64,000 nucleotides of DNA, from NCBI GenBank assembly GCA_038127535.1, contig JAYPHU010000012.1, forward strand, positions 26,507-90,506. Direction: 5' to 3'. Numbering within the stretch: position 1 is the stretch's first letter; every line of letters begins with the position of its first letter. The notes under the pieces are model-generated. The model was not told where the DNA came from, did not search any database, and saw only the letters and a list, made by a program, of their open reading frames with translations. Position numbers and translations under genes: made by a program. Positions 1-10,922 of the stretch are shown here, one piece after another. This stretch comes from Rhodospirillaceae bacterium. Lineage in GTDB: Bacteria; Pseudomonadota; Alphaproteobacteria; Rhodospirillales; UBA2165.

Positions 1-636
1 AGCGCCGGCAGTGCGACAGGCATCGAACTTGGCGGCATCAATCTCGACAGCGATCGTTCGGGCGTGCGCCCAACGGGCAAGCATCAACATATGAATGCCC
101 AAGCCGCCACCCGCGCCAAACACGGCAACCGTTTCACCAGGGGCGACGCGCGCCCGGCGGATCACCCTGTAGGGCGTGGTGATCGCATCGCAGACAACGG
201 CGGCTTCCGCCGGATGCGCCTTTACGTCGAGCGCCTCGGGGACTTTCACGAAACTGTTTTCGTCCAACTTCATGAATTCCGCATAGCCGCCGTCCACATG
301 ACGGCCGACGAAACCGGCCAAGTTGTCACACAGAGATTCCCGCCCGGTCCGGCACCAGCGACAATACCCACAGGTCAGATACATGTGCGGAGTAACAATG
401 TCGCCGATCTTGAACTGTTTCACGCCGCCGCCTATCGCCACGACCTCGCCGGCCACTTCGTGGCCAATGACCCGAGGGAACTCTACCGGGGCCTGGCCCA
501 TACGGGTGTGATGGATGGTTAATCCGGATCCGCAGGCCAGCACCTTGACCACGACATCAGTGGGGCTCGGCGCCGGATCAGGCAGATCCTCAAGGACACA
601 GGGTTTCCCTGTTTCTTTGAGGACCATAGCCTTCAT
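1..636 (-). CDS. Zn-dependent alcohol dehydrogenase (MDR family), N-terminal part; 3' end lies beyond the window start
   Basis: Absent from the ORF track because there is no stop in the window. Reverse-strand translation from ATG 636-634 gives MKAMVLKETGKPCVLEDLPDPAPSPTDVVVKVLACGSGLTIHH..GHEVAGEVVAIG..CGYCRWCRTGRESLC..GAGGGLG. It shows the GHE catalytic-Zn motif, the Cys-rich structural-Zn motif and a GxGxxG NAD fold. The start lies 1 nt after the stop of the upstream gene. Confidence 0.8.
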   Translation of the reverse strand, partial: MKAMVLKETGKPCVLEDLPDPAPSPTDVVVKVLACGSGLTIHHTRMGQAPVEFPRVIGHEVAGEVVAIGGGVKQFKIGDIVTPHMYLTCGYCRWCRTGRESLCDNLAGFVGRHVDGGYAEFMKLDENSFVKVPEALDVKAHPAEAAVVCDAITTPYRVIRRARVAPGETVAVFGAGGGLGIHMLMLARWAHARTIAVEIDAAKFDACRTAGA

Positions 637-637
637 G

Positions 638-2959
638 TCAGCTTCCTTTCGCGCCCTGGATCGCCTGCCAGACTTTCTCCGGGCTAAGGGGCATATCGAG
701 ATGCTGGACGCCCAATGGCGCGAGCGCATCCAAAATGGCGTTCGGGATGGCCGCCAGCGCGCCGACCGTGCCGCATTCGCCCGCGCCTTTCACCCCTAAG
801 GGGTTGGACTTAGTCGGCACCGGCCGGCCCTCGATATCGAACAGGCACAGGTCTTGGGCGCGCGGCATGGCGTAATCCATGAACGAGCCCGAGAGAAGTT
901 GGCCATTGTCATCATAGACCATTTCCTCCATCAGCGCCTGACCCGCGCCTTGCGCGACGCCGCCGTGGATTTGGCCTTTCACCAGAAGCGGGTTGAGCTC
1001 ATAGCCCACATCATCGACCACCGTATATTTCTCAATGGTCAGCGCGCCCGTGTCCGGATCGACCTCCACCTCGCAGATGTGACAGCCATAGGGGAAGGTC
1101 GCGGTCTTGGGGCTGAAGGTGGCGATCTCGTAAAGACCCGGCTCCATATCGTCCGGAATTTTCGCCGGCTGGAAGGCGGCCTGAGCGGCCCCCAAGAACG
1201 GCAGGCTTTTATCCGTGCCCGCAACGGTGAAAGCATGATCGGTGAACTCGATATCAGCTTGGGAGGCTTCCAGCACATGGGCGGCGACCTTGCGGGCTTT
1301 GTCGATCACCTTGCCGACGGCCATGTTGACCGCCGAGGTGCCGATGGCCGCTGTCCGCGACCCGCCGGTGCCGGTGCCGAAGGAAACCTTGTCAGTGTCA
1401 CCTTCGATCACGCGAATTTTATCAGGATCGATCCCCAGCTTTTCACAGATGAGTTGCTTATAGATCGTCTCGTGGCCCTGACCGTGGGGGGTCGAGCCGA
1501 CCAGAACGGTGAGCGTGCCCGACGGATCAAACCGCATCTCGGCAGTTTCCGGCTGAGCCGCGGCAGCCTGTTCAATGGTGCAGGAAATGCCCAGGCCGCG
1601 AAGTTTGCCTTTCTCCTCCGAGACGGCCTTTCGCGCGGGAAAGCCGGCATAGTCGGCTTTTTCCACGCAGCGGTTCACCAGCGCCTCGAACTCCCCGCAG
1701 TCATAGGTAAAGGTCAGCGGCGTCTTATACGGCAGGGCTTCCGGCGGGATGAAGTTCTTGCGCCGCAGTTCCAGCCGGTCCATGCCGAGCTCGCGCGCCG
1801 CCTTATCCACCATGCTTTCGATGATATAGGACGCTTCGGGCCGGCCTGCGCCCCGATAGGGCGAAATCGGGTTTTTGTTCATAAATACACCCGCCACTTC
1901 GACCCGCATGGCCGGTGTCTTATAAAGCCCCGCCATACCGCCGATATTGCCGGTGGACGGACCCATGCCGAGGAACGCCACATAGGCGCCGAGCGCGCCG
2001 TTGGTCCGCACGCGGAGGCCCAAGAACGTGCCGTCTTGGTCCAAAGCCAGTTCGGCCAGGGTGGAATTGTCCCGCGCATGGTCATCGGCGATATGCGCTT
2101 CGGAGCGTTCGCAGATCCATTTGACCGGCCGGCCGATACGCTTGGACGCCCAAGCGGTCAGCGGCATCTCCGGATAGATAGAGCCCTTCATGCCGAAGGA
2201 GCCGCCCATATCGCCGGTCACCAGGCTCAACTGGTTCTCGCCGATCTTAAACAGGTTCTTGGTCAGCGAGGTGCGGAACACATAGGGCCGCTGATGGCCC
2301 ACATAAATGGTGTAGCCGTCCCGGCCCGCGTCATAGTGGCCGAGCGCGCCTCTGGGCTCCATCGTGTTGGCCGTGATACGGGGGATTTCGAACTGCTGGG
2401 TGACAATGTGATCCGCTTTCTCGAACGCCGCATCGACCGCCTCCGCATCGCCGACCGTGTAGAAAAAGCTTTCGTTCTCCGGCACGTCATCCCAGATGGC
2501 GGGCGTGCCGTCCTGATTGGCATTCGCCGTCGACATGACCACCGGCAGGGGCGTGAAATCGACCACCACGGCTTCCACCGCGTCCTTGGCCTGATCCACG
2601 GTTTCGGCCATCACCATCACCACCGGCTGACCCACATAACGGACCCGGTCTTTGGTCAGTGCCGGGCGCGGCGGGCGGTACATGTTGGAGCCGTCCCGGC
2701 GCTGGCGCGGCGAGCCGCCAATGATCTCGCCCAGACCGTCATCGGCATAATCCTGGCCGGTCAACACGGCAGCCACACCGGGCATAGCGGCGGCGGCGGT
2801 AGTGTCGATCGAATTGATCTCCGCATGAGCGTGAGGCGAGCGGAGGAACACCGCATACACCTGATAGGGCAGGTTGAAATCGTCCGTGTACTTGCCCTTG
2901 CCGGTCAATAGGCGCGGGTCTTCGGTCCGGGGGACTGGCTGGCCGGTTTCGATTTGCAT
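638..2959 (-). CDS. Molybdopterin-binding large subunit of the xanthine dehydrogenase / CoxL form-II-like hydroxylase family
   Basis: 773-aa ORF. N-terminus is MQIETGQPVPRTEDPRLLTGKGKYTDD, with an internal PYRGAGRPEA motif typical of this family. A GGAGGAAAGC SD precedes ATG 2959. No FAD (CoxM) or 2Fe-2S (CoxS) partner gene is present inside the window. Confidence 0.9.
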   Translation of the reverse strand: MQIETGQPVPRTEDPRLLTGKGKYTDDFNLPYQVYAVFLRSPHAHAEINSIDTTAAAAMPGVAAVLTGQDYADDGLGEIIGGSPRQRRDGSNMYRPPRPALTKDRVRYVGQPVVMVMAETVDQAKDAVEAVVVDFTPLPVVMSTANANQDGTPAIWDDVPENESFFYTVGDAEAVDAAFEKADHIVTQQFEIPRITANTMEPRGALGHYDAGRDGYTIYVGHQRPYVFRTSLTKNLFKIGENQLSLVTGDMGGSFGMKGSIYPEMPLTAWASKRIGRPVKWICERSEAHIADDHARDNSTLAELALDQDGTFLGLRVRTNGALGAYVAFLGMGPSTGNIGGMAGLYKTPAMRVEVAGVFMNKNPISPYRGAGRPEASYIIESMVDKAARELGMDRLELRRKNFIPPEALPYKTPLTFTYDCGEFEALVNRCVEKADYAGFPARKAVSEEKGKLRGLGISCTIEQAAAAQPETAEMRFDPSGTLTVLVGSTPHGQGHETIYKQLICEKLGIDPDKIRVIEGDTDKVSFGTGTGGSRTAAIGTSAVNMAVGKVIDKARKVAAHVLEASQADIEFTDHAFTVAGTDKSLPFLGAAQAAFQPAKIPDDMEPGLYEIATFSPKTATFPYGCHICEVEVDPDTGALTIEKYTVVDDVGYELNPLLVKGQIHGGVAQGAGQALMEEMVYDDNGQLLSGSFMDYAMPRAQDLCLFDIEGRPVPTKSNPLGVKGAGECGTVGALAAIPNAILDALAPLGVQHLDMPLSPEKVWQAIQGAKGS

Positions 2960-2996
2960 GCTTTCCTCCGCTTAACCTAATTCACGCCCAAGAGGC

Positions 2997-3968
2997 TTAC
3001 ATGTTGAACAGCCGTTCGGCGTTGCCGTGCAGGATTTTCGCCTTGTCTTCACTGTTCAGCATCAGCCGCTCCATCCAGACCGGGCCCGGCTGGTTGGCGA
3101 CAAATGGATAGTCGATGGCGAATAGGATATGATCCGTGCCCATCTCCTGGATGCAGCAAAGAAGCGCCGGATCGGAGAAGAAGCCGCTGGTGGTGATGTA
3201 GAAATTGTTGGTGAAGATTTTGCGGAACTCGACACCGTCATTGCCGGGCCGGTTCAACACATGATCGATCCGCCAGACCAGGAACGGCAGGGTCTCGCCC
3301 AAATGGCCGAGCACCACCTTCAGGTTCGGATGCTTGTCGAACACGCCGGACAGCACCATGCGGATGGCGATGGTCGCCGTTTCCATGGTGAAGCCCCAGC
3401 CGGCGTTCATAAAGCCCGGATACTTCTCCACATAGTCCTTGATATAGATATCGGCGACCGTAGGGTGCGGGTTGGCCGGGTGGATATAGATGGGGACGTC
3501 CAAAGCCTCGGCCTGGGCATAGATCGGCCAGAACATTTCGTTGTCCGGGAACAGCCGGTCGGGGCCGATCAGCCCGTGGATCATGGTACCTTTGAATCCC
3601 AGTTCCTCGACACTGCGCTTGAGCTCGTCAGCCGACGCCTGCGGATCCATGGTCGGCAGGTTGGCGAACGCGGAATAGCGGTCCGGATGCGCCTTTACAA
3701 TTTCGGCCAGATGATCATTGGCCGCCTTGGCCACAGGTACAGCGGTTTCCGCGTCCATCCGCTGGGTCGACGGCGCGCCATGAGACAACAGCGCGACGTC
3801 GATGCCGCAGGCGTCCATGTCCTTCAGCCGTTCTTCACCGACCTCCAACAATTTATCCATGACCAGACCGCCCGTACGCGCATCTAAGCCGGTGTAATGC
3901 TTGATCATATCTTCATCGTAATAATGTTCTTCGATAGCGATGACTTTTTGACCTTCGAGAATGGCCAT
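2997..3968 (-). CDS. Amidohydrolase family 2 protein (ACMSD / aromatic-acid decarboxylase-like metal hydrolase)
   Basis: ORF 2997..4058 trimmed to ATG 3968 (MAILEGQKVIAIEEHYYDE..), which is preceded by a GGAGAGGAAAC SD. The IEEH, HP..HP and HLGE motifs fit amidohydrolase_2. Confidence 0.85.
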   Translation of the reverse strand: MAILEGQKVIAIEEHYYDEDMIKHYTGLDARTGGLVMDKLLEVGEERLKDMDACGIDVALLSHGAPSTQRMDAETAVPVAKAANDHLAEIVKAHPDRYSAFANLPTMDPQASADELKRSVEELGFKGTMIHGLIGPDRLFPDNEMFWPIYAQAEALDVPIYIHPANPHPTVADIYIKDYVEKYPGFMNAGWGFTMETATIAIRMVLSGVFDKHPNLKVVLGHLGETLPFLVWRIDHVLNRPGNDGVEFRKIFTNNFYITTSGFFSDPALLCCIQEMGTDHILFAIDYPFVANQPGPVWMERLMLNSEDKAKILHGNAERLFNM

Positions 3969-4244
3969 GTTCGTTTCCTCTCCTTGTGGCCCGGCCGGTG
4001 GCCGGATTTCGATGTTTTCTCCGTAGCGGAGTGTATTGCCCGGAAACGGCTCTGTCATGACATAGATGCACCCATCACGCGGAATCCCGCGCTAAGGGTC
4101 CGCCACAATTTGATTTATAGGGTTGGTATCCGATATGTTCGTGCTATCCTCCGGACTCATTGGCGACTGTGTGCCACGACACGGCCGGTGCCGATAACAA
4201 AACGATGTAATTCAATAACCTATCACCTTCTTAGGGAGAATATC

Positions 4245-5225
4245 ATGTCGAAGAAAATCCTTCTCACCTTGGGAGCGAGCGCTCTGGCTGTTGCGGCCGT
4301 CAGCGTCTCTCAGCCCGTGTCCGCCGAAACCACCCTGCGCGCGGCCAGCTGTTTCCCGGTCGGCAGCCCGCCGTCCCGTCCGTTTGAACAATTGGTCAAG
4401 GACATCAATGCGGCCGGTAAAGGCACGGTTCAGATTAATCTGGTTGGCGGCGCGCCGGCCATCGGCAACTTCCTGACCATCACCCAGAAAATGTCCCGCG
4501 GCGCCTATGACCTGGTGGGCTGCACCGAGGCCTATATCGGCAACGTCCTGCCGGAAGCGCCGGTTCTGCGTCTGACCCCGAAATCCATGGCCGAGCTGCG
4601 CAGCAACGGCGGCATGGACTACATTTCCAAGCTGCTGGCCGAAAAGAACATCTATTATCTCGCCCGCCACTGGGATTTTGGCCAGTTCCACCTGTGGCTG
4701 TCCAAGAAGATCGACAAGCCGGATCTGACCGGTCTGAACCTGCGGGTGGCCCCGGTCTACACCGCGTTCTTCAAGTCCTTGGGCGCCACGGTGCAAAATG
4801 CGCCGCTGCCGAAGATCTACACGCTTATGGAAAACAACACGGTGCAGGGCTATGGCTGGCCGGGCGCGGGCTGGGTGCCGCCGTGGGCCAAGGTCACCAA
4901 GTACCGGGTCGATCCGGGCTTCTACACCGCGCCGCTGCACACGCTGTTCAACCTGAAGAAATGGGAATCCCTGGATGACAAGTCCAGGGCCATTCTGACC
5001 AGCATCAGCGCCGAGGCCGAGAAAAGCGCCGAACCCGGCAACGCCAAGCTGAAGGCGATCCGGGCCAAGGAAGATGCATTCCGCGCCAAGGCCGGCATGG
5101 AAGTCATCACCTTCTCCGGCGCCGACCGCAAGAAGTGGCTGGATGCCGCTTACGGCGCGGCCTGGCAGGAAGTCTTCGACCGCAGCCCGAAACACGGCAA
5201 AGCGCTCGAAAAGCTGTTCCGTTAA
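4245..5225 (+). CDS. dctP: TRAP transporter substrate-binding protein (DctP family) with signal peptide
   Basis: ORF 3897..5225 trimmed to ATG 4245 (MSKKILLTLGASALAVAAVSVSQPVSAETT), preceded by an AGGGAGAA SD. Followed by the small and large TRAP permease genes. Confidence 0.85.
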   Translation: MSKKILLTLGASALAVAAVSVSQPVSAETTLRAASCFPVGSPPSRPFEQLVKDINAAGKGTVQINLVGGAPAIGNFLTITQKMSRGAYDLVGCTEAYIGNVLPEAPVLRLTPKSMAELRSNGGMDYISKLLAEKNIYYLARHWDFGQFHLWLSKKIDKPDLTGLNLRVAPVYTAFFKSLGATVQNAPLPKIYTLMENNTVQGYGWPGAGWVPPWAKVTKYRVDPGFYTAPLHTLFNLKKWESLDDKSRAILTSISAEAEKSAEPGNAKLKAIRAKEDAFRAKAGMEVITFSGADRKKWLDAAYGAAWQEVFDRSPKHGKALEKLFR

Positions 5226-5240
5226 GAAACGGCTATGATC

Positions 5241-5288
5241 AATTGACGCGGAAGCAGGGACATACCCGGTTTCCGCGTCAATTTTTTT
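5241..5288 (+). terminator. Intrinsic terminator/attenuator hairpin between dctP and dctQ
   Basis: 13-bp perfect stem AATTGACGCGGAA (5241-5253) / TTCCGCGTCAATT (5271-5283) with a 17-nt loop, running into a T7 tract (5282-5288). Confidence 0.6.
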
Positions 5289-5310
5289 CGCCTAAAGTTC
5301 AGACCTCGAT

Positions 5311-5841
5311 ATGAAAGCGCAACTGGACAGATTCGAGACCGGCTTTATTTTGCTGGCGCGGTTTTTCGCCGCCATGGTGGCGATCTCCATCGGCCTGATC
5401 GCCGTGCTGATCCCGTTCAACCTATTTATCGTCAAAGCGGGCATCGGCAGCATCTGGTGGCTCAACGAGGGCATCGAATACATTCTTTATTTCGGCGTCT
5501 TCACCGGCGCGACCTGGGTGCTGCAGCAAGGCGCTCACGTGCGGGTCGATGTGATGACCACGGCGCTGCCGGAAGAGGCGGCGCGCAAGCTTGATGTCCT
5601 GATCAACATTTTTGGTGTGGTGCTGTGTATTTTACTCTGCGTCTACGGCATCCGCGCCGGCTGGATTGAGTATCTCGACCAGACCCTGCCGGACAAGGAT
5701 GTCCGCATCCCCAACTGGATCGTCATTACCGTCTTCGCCTTTTCCTTCGCCATGCTGAGCATCGAGTTCCTGCTGCGTATGCGGAAAGAGCGGGTGCTCA
5801 CGTTGGAAGACGACGACCCGGCCTCGGACGGAGGGTTCTGA
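5311..5841 (+). CDS. dctQ: TRAP transporter small permease (DctQ family)
   Basis: 176-aa hydrophobic ORF with about 4 predicted TM helices, lying between the SBP and large-permease genes. It ends 2 nt before dctM. Confidence 0.85.
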   Translation: MKAQLDRFETGFILLARFFAAMVAISIGLIAVLIPFNLFIVKAGIGSIWWLNEGIEYILYFGVFTGATWVLQQGAHVRVDVMTTALPEEAARKLDVLINIFGVVLCILLCVYGIRAGWIEYLDQTLPDKDVRIPNWIVITVFAFSFAMLSIEFLLRMRKERVLTLEDDDPASDGGF

Positions 5842-5843
5842 GC

Positions 5844-7289
5844 ATGGAATGGTATTGGGCCCTGATCCTAATGCTCGGCACCGTGTGTTTTTTTATGTTT
5901 ATGGGCCTGCACGTGGCCTTCGCCTTTTTCGCCGCCAATGTTCTGGGCACGTTTTTGTTTATCGGCGGCGACGTGGGACTGGTCTTTATGCCGATCGAGT
6001 TCAACCGGTCCATCACCTTCGGCGTCGCGCCCATCGCCCTGTTCCTCCTGATGGGGGAAATCCTGCTGCACACGGGCGTCGCCTTTAAGGCCATCGGGGC
6101 CATCGATCGGCTGATCTCGAAGGTGCCGGGCCGGCTGTCTATTGTCTCCATTGTCGGTGGTACGGTGTTTTCGTCCCTGTCGGGCTCGACAATCGCCAAT
6201 ACGGCGATCCTGGGCTCGGTCCTGCTGCCGGAAATGATCCAGCGGGGCTACAAGCCCTCCATCGCCATGGGGCCAATCATGGCGGTCGGCGGCATCGCCA
6301 TGCTGATCCCCCCCTCGGCCTTGGCCGTTCTGCTCGCCAGCATCGCCGAGCAGTCGGTGGCGCAATTGCTGATCGCCGGCATTATTCCCGGCATATTGAT
6401 GGCGGTGCTGTTCTTCGCCTATGTGATCGGCCGCTGCTGGCTCGACCCGTCGCTAGCGCCCGGCTATGACCCGGATGAGAGCGGGCTGGAAAATCCAGTG
6501 ACCCTGTCGCTGAATCTCGGCAGCAAGACGGTCTTTACTGCCAGCTACGACGGTGCGCTCAAGCGACCGCTCAACCGCATCCTGCCGTTTATTCTCTATA
6601 TCCTGCCCTTGTTCGTGATTTTCATCGTGGTGGTCGGCAGCATCTTCTTTAAGCTGGCCGCACCCACCGACGCGGCGGCGCTAGGCTGCATTGCGTCCTT
6701 GGCGGCGTGTTATTTCTTCAAGCTCTTTAAGAACACCATCAAGATCAGCGGCATCGACGGCGCCGACTTTGGCTGGCGGCAGATTTGGAAATCCCTCATC
6801 GAGACCGCCAAGATCAACACCATGATCCTGTTCATTATTGCGGGCTCGCTGGTTTTTTCACAGGCGCTGTCCAATTCCGGCGCGACAGACGGATTGCTCA
6901 AGGCCGTCTCCGCCTGGGAGCTCTCCCAATTGCAGATCGTCATCATCATGGTGGCGGTGCTGTTGTTCCTGGGCGCGTTCATGGATCAGGTCAGCATGCT
7001 GCTCTTGACCATGCCGTTCTTCCTGCTGGGCAGCTCGTCCTTCCAAGCAGTGTTCCAGATCGACGTAATCTGGCTGATGGTGCTGATGCTGATCACTATG
7101 GAGATCAGCCTCCTCACCCCGCCCTTTGGACTCCTACTCTATGTAATGAAGGGGATCGCGCCGTTCCAGGTGACCCTGGGCGCCGTGGTGCGCTCCGCCC
7201 TGCCGTTTATCGCGATCGAGATGGCGGTGCTCGCGCTCCTGATCGCCGCCCCAGAAGTCGCCACTTGGCTGCCGAAACAGATTAATTAG
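5844..7289 (+). CDS. dctM: TRAP transporter large permease (DctM family)
   Basis: 481-aa polytopic membrane ORF. Its position and composition are typical of DctM. Confidence 0.9.
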   Translation: MEWYWALILMLGTVCFFMFMGLHVAFAFFAANVLGTFLFIGGDVGLVFMPIEFNRSITFGVAPIALFLLMGEILLHTGVAFKAIGAIDRLISKVPGRLSIVSIVGGTVFSSLSGSTIANTAILGSVLLPEMIQRGYKPSIAMGPIMAVGGIAMLIPPSALAVLLASIAEQSVAQLLIAGIIPGILMAVLFFAYVIGRCWLDPSLAPGYDPDESGLENPVTLSLNLGSKTVFTASYDGALKRPLNRILPFILYILPLFVIFIVVVGSIFFKLAAPTDAAALGCIASLAACYFFKLFKNTIKISGIDGADFGWRQIWKSLIETAKINTMILFIIAGSLVFSQALSNSGATDGLLKAVSAWELSQLQIVIIMVAVLLFLGAFMDQVSMLLLTMPFFLLGSSSFQAVFQIDVIWLMVLMLITMEISLLTPPFGLLLYVMKGIAPFQVTLGAVVRSALPFIAIEMAVLALLIAAPEVATWLPKQIN

Positions 7290-7307
7290 GTTCGCGAAAG
7301 CGGCGGC

Positions 7308-10300
7308 ATGACCACCACCCACGACACCCAATGGCAGTTCTGGATCGACCGGGGCGGCACGTTCACCGATATCGTGGCCCGGCGGCCCGACGGCGCTCTG
7401 GTGACCGAGAAGCTCTTGTCGGAGGACCCGGGCCGCTACACAGACGCCGCAATTGAAGGCATCCGCCGCTTACTTGAGCTTAACGACGGGGAGGCAATCC
7501 CGGCCGAGGCCATCCGCGCGGTAAAGATGGGGACCACCGTGGCCACCAATGCATTGCTGGAACGCAAGGGCGAGAAGACGCTGCTGGTCACAACCCGTGG
7601 GTTCCGCGATGCGTTGCGCATCGGCTACCAAAATCGCCCCGATCTGTTTGCGCTTGAGATCATCCTGCCGGAACAACTCTATTCGGATGTGCTTGAAGTG
7701 CACGAGCGGGTCGGTGCGGAGGGCGAAGTGCTGACGCCCTTGGACGATGCCCATGCTCGCGCCGGGCTGCAGGCGGCCTTTGATCAGGGCTATCGGGCGG
7801 CGGCCATCGTATTCATGCACGGCTACCGCTACACCGATCACGAGGCCCGCGTGGCGGCCATCGCGCGCGAGATCGGCTTTACCCAAATCTCCGTCTCCCA
7901 CGAGGCGAGCCCGCTGATGAAGTTGGTGAGCCGGGGCGACACCACGGTGGTGGACGCCTATCTCTCGCCGATCCTGCGCCGCTATGTGGATCAGGTGGCC
8001 GGCGAGCTGGGCGACGCGCCGCTGATGTTCATGCAGTCCAACGGCGGGCTGACCGATGCGCGGCTGTTTCGGGGCAAGGACAGTATCCTATCGGGCCCGG
8101 CCGGCGGCGTGGTCGGCGCCGTGGGCACCTCGGCAATTGCCGGGTATGACCGGATCATTGGGTTTGATATGGGCGGCACCTCGACGGATGTGTCTCACTA
8201 TGCTGGCACCTACGAACGCGCGTTCGAGACCCAAGTGGCCGGCGTGCGCCTGCGATCCCCGATCATGCAGATCCACACCGTAGCGGCGGGCGGCGGCTCC
8301 ATCCTGTTTTTCGACGGCGCACGCTTCAGGGTGGGCCCGGACTCCGCCGGCGCGGACCCCGGTCCTGCCTGTTATGGCAAGGGCGGGCCCCTGGCGGTGA
8401 CCGACGCCAATGTGCTACTGGGCCGCATTCAGCCGGAGCATTTCCCCAAAGTGTTCGGACCCGAGGGCAATGCGCCGTTGGATGTGGACATCGTCCGCCA
8501 AAAGTTCGCGGACCTGGCCAAAGAGGTCAGTCAGGCCACCGGGGAAGCCAAGACCCCGAAAGAAATCGCGGCCGGGTTCCTCACAATCGCGGTGGAAAAC
8601 ATGGCCAACGCGATCAAGAAAATCTCTGTGCAGCGGGGCTACGACGTGACCCGCTATGCGCTCACATGCTTCGGCGGCGCGGGCGGCCAGCATGCCTGTC
8701 AGATCGCCGATACGCTGGGGATGGAGACCATCTTGATCCACCCGCTAGCCGGTGTGCTGTCGGCTTATGGCATGGGTCTGGCCGAGGTTCGCGCTCTCCG
8801 GGAAGCGGCGGTGGAACTGGAGCTCAGCGCCGGCATCGCCAGTGAAATGAAGAGCGCCGTATCTGACTTGGAAGCCGCCGCCCAGGCCGAACTGGAAGAC
8901 CAGGCTATCGTCAGCGACAAGATCGCTATTTCGCGGCGCGCCCGCATTCGCCTCGCCGGCACCGACACGCCGCTGGAGATCGACTTTAACGATGTTTCCG
9001 AAATGGAAGCGACGTTCCACGAGGCACATCGCCGCCAGTTCGGTTTTGCCGACACAGGCCGGGGCCTGATTGTCGAATCCCTCGCCGTGGAGGCCGCCGG
9101 CACCATGGACGTGCCGCCGGCGGTTGAGCTGCCGGCATCAACGGGCGGCGATCCGGAACCCCTGAGTAAAGCCGAGGCCTATCTGGACGGCGCGCCCGCC
9201 GAGACGCCGGTGTTTGACCGGGCCGCCCTTCAACCGGGGAACGAGATCACAGGCCCGGCCATCATCATCGATCCCACCGGCACCACGGTGCTGGAACCGG
9301 GTTGGCAGGCGGAACTCAATACTTACGGCCATCTGGTCCTGACCCGCGCTGTCCCCCGGCCCAAGCGCCAGGCCATCGGCACGGATGCCGATCCAGTCAT
9401 GCTGGAGGTGTTCAACAACCTGTTCATGTCAGTGGCGGAGCAGATGGGGGCGGTACTGTCCAACACGGCGAGCTCGGTCAACATTAAAGAGCGGCTGGAT
9501 TTCTCCTGCGCCATTTTCGACACCGACGCCGGACTGATCGCCAACGCGCCGCACCTGCCGGTGCATCTGGGCTCCATGGGCGAGGCGGTGCGCGCCGTAA
9601 TCGACCAACGCCGCGCCACCATGAAGCCCGGCGACGTGTTCGCGCTCAATGCGCCCTATAACGGCGGCACCCACCTGCCGGATATCACGGTGATCACGCC
9701 GATCTTCGATGAGGCCGGGGAAGAGCTGTTGTTCTACGTGGCGTCCCGCGGCCACCACGCGGATGTGGGCGGCATCACGCCTGGCTCCATCCCGGCGTTC
9801 AGCCACACGGTCAAGGAAGAAGGCGTGCTGATCGACAATTTCCAACTGGTCAGCGAAGGCCGGCTGCTGGAGGACGATCTCCGCGTGCTGTTGGGCTCCG
9901 GCAAATATCCAGCCCGCAGCCCCGATCAGAACGTGGCGGATTTTAAAGCCCAAATCGCCGCCAACGAGAAAGGCATACAGGAACTCCGAAACATGGTGCA
10001 GATGTTTGGCCTCGACGTGGTCCGTGCCTATATGGGCCATGTGAAAGACAATGCTGCCGAAAGCGTGCGCCGGGTGCTGGATGCCCTGCCAAACGGGTCA
10101 TTTAACCTGCCCCTGGATCACGGCGGCCAAATCAACGTGCACATAAGTGTCGATAAGACCCAGCGCCGGGCCACGGTGGACTTCACCGGCACGTCCGCCC
10201 AGTCGGACACGAACTTCAATGCGCCCAGCGCCATCTGCCGGGCGGCGGTGTTGTATGTGTTCCGTGTGCTGGTGCGGGACGACATTCCGTTGAACGACGG

Positions 10301-10916
10301 CTGCTTGGAGCCCATCGATCTGGTGATCCCAGAGGGCTGTCTGTTGAGCCCCAAGTATCCGGCCGCCGTGGTTGCGGGCAATGTGGAGACCTCCCAGGCG
10401 GTTACGTCGGCCTTGTTCGGCGCGACCGGTGTACTGTCGGCGGGCCAGACCACCATGAACAACATCACCTTCGGCAACGCGCGGCATCAGTACTACGAGA
10501 CCGTCTGCGGCGGCTCCGGCGCGGGCGACGGCTTCAACGGCACCGATGCGGTGCACACCCATATGACAAACACGCGGCTGACCGATCCGGAGATACTGGA
10601 ATCGCGCTTCCCGATCCTGCTGGAAGATTTCCATATCAAGGCCGGCAGCGGCGGTGTGGGCAAATATCACGGCGGCAACGGCGCGATCCGGCGGCTCAGG
10701 TTCCTGGAAGCCATGACCGCCTCCATCGTCTCCTCAAGCCGGGAGAACGCGCCGTTTGGGCTGAACGGCGGCGGCGCGGCCGCGCCCGGCAAAAACTATG
10801 TGGACCGCGTGGACGGCAGCCGCACGGAGATGAAAGGCGCGGATCAGTCGGAGCTCAATCCGGGGGATGTGCTGGTGGTGGAAACGCCCGGCGGCGGCGG
10901 CTTCGGCCAAAGCTAG
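7308..10916 (+). CDS. Fused hydantoinase A/B - 5-oxoprolinase family protein (ATP-dependent)
   Basis: 1202-aa ORF. The N-terminus [21 protein letters not shown] is the HyuA/oxoprolinase signature. The C-terminal half matches HyuB ([19 protein letters not shown]). Confidence 0.92.
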   Translation: MTTTHDTQWQFWIDRGGTFTDIVARRPDGALVTEKLLSEDPGRYTDAAIEGIRRLLELNDGEAIPAEAIRAVKMGTTVATNALLERKGEKTLLVTTRGFRDALRIGYQNRPDLFALEIILPEQLYSDVLEVHERVGAEGEVLTPLDDAHARAGLQAAFDQGYRAAAIVFMHGYRYTDHEARVAAIAREIGFTQISVSHEASPLMKLVSRGDTTVVDAYLSPILRRYVDQVAGELGDAPLMFMQSNGGLTDARLFRGKDSILSGPAGGVVGAVGTSAIAGYDRIIGFDMGGTSTDVSHYAGTYERAFETQVAGVRLRSPIMQIHTVAAGGGSILFFDGARFRVGPDSAGADPGPACYGKGGPLAVTDANVLLGRIQPEHFPKVFGPEGNAPLDVDIVRQKFADLAKEVSQATGEAKTPKEIAAGFLTIAVENMANAIKKISVQRGYDVTRYALTCFGGAGGQHACQIADTLGMETILIHPLAGVLSAYGMGLAEVRALREAAVELELSAGIASEMKSAVSDLEAAAQAELEDQAIVSDKIAISRRARIRLAGTDTPLEIDFNDVSEMEATFHEAHRRQFGFADTGRGLIVESLAVEAAGTMDVPPAVELPASTGGDPEPLSKAEAYLDGAPAETPVFDRAALQPGNEITGPAIIIDPTGTTVLEPGWQAELNTYGHLVLTRAVPRPKRQAIGTDADPVMLEVFNNLFMSVAEQMGAVLSNTASSVNIKERLDFSCAIFDTDAGLIANAPHLPVHLGSMGEAVRAVIDQRRATMKPGDVFALNAPYNGGTHLPDITVITPIFDEAGEELLFYVASRGHHADVGGITPGSIPAFSHTVKEEGVLIDNFQLVSEGRLLEDDLRVLLGSGKYPARSPDQNVADFKAQIAANEKGIQELRNMVQMFGLDVVRAYMGHVKDNAAESVRRVLDALPNGSFNLPLDHGGQINVHISVDKTQRRATVDFTGTSAQSDTNFNAPSAICRAAVLYVFRVLVRDDIPLNDGCLEPIDLVIPEGCLLSPKYPAAVVAGNVETSQAVTSALFGATGVLSAGQTTMNNITFGNARHQYYETVCGGSGAGDGFNGTDAVHTHMTNTRLTDPEILESRFPILLEDFHIKAGSGGVGKYHGGNGAIRRLRFLEAMTASIVSSSRENAPFGLNGGGAAAPGKNYVDRVDGSRTEMKGADQSELNPGDVLVVETPGGGGFGQS

Positions 10917-10922
10917 GCGAAG

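Noticed and set aside
854-2911. 685-aa ORF on the plus strand, antisense to the CoxL-like gene
   Set aside because: It lies entirely inside a well-supported 773-aa gene on the other strand. Its Arg/Gly/His/Ala-rich, low-complexity translation is typical of antisense frames in GC-rich DNA, and it has no recognisable motif.
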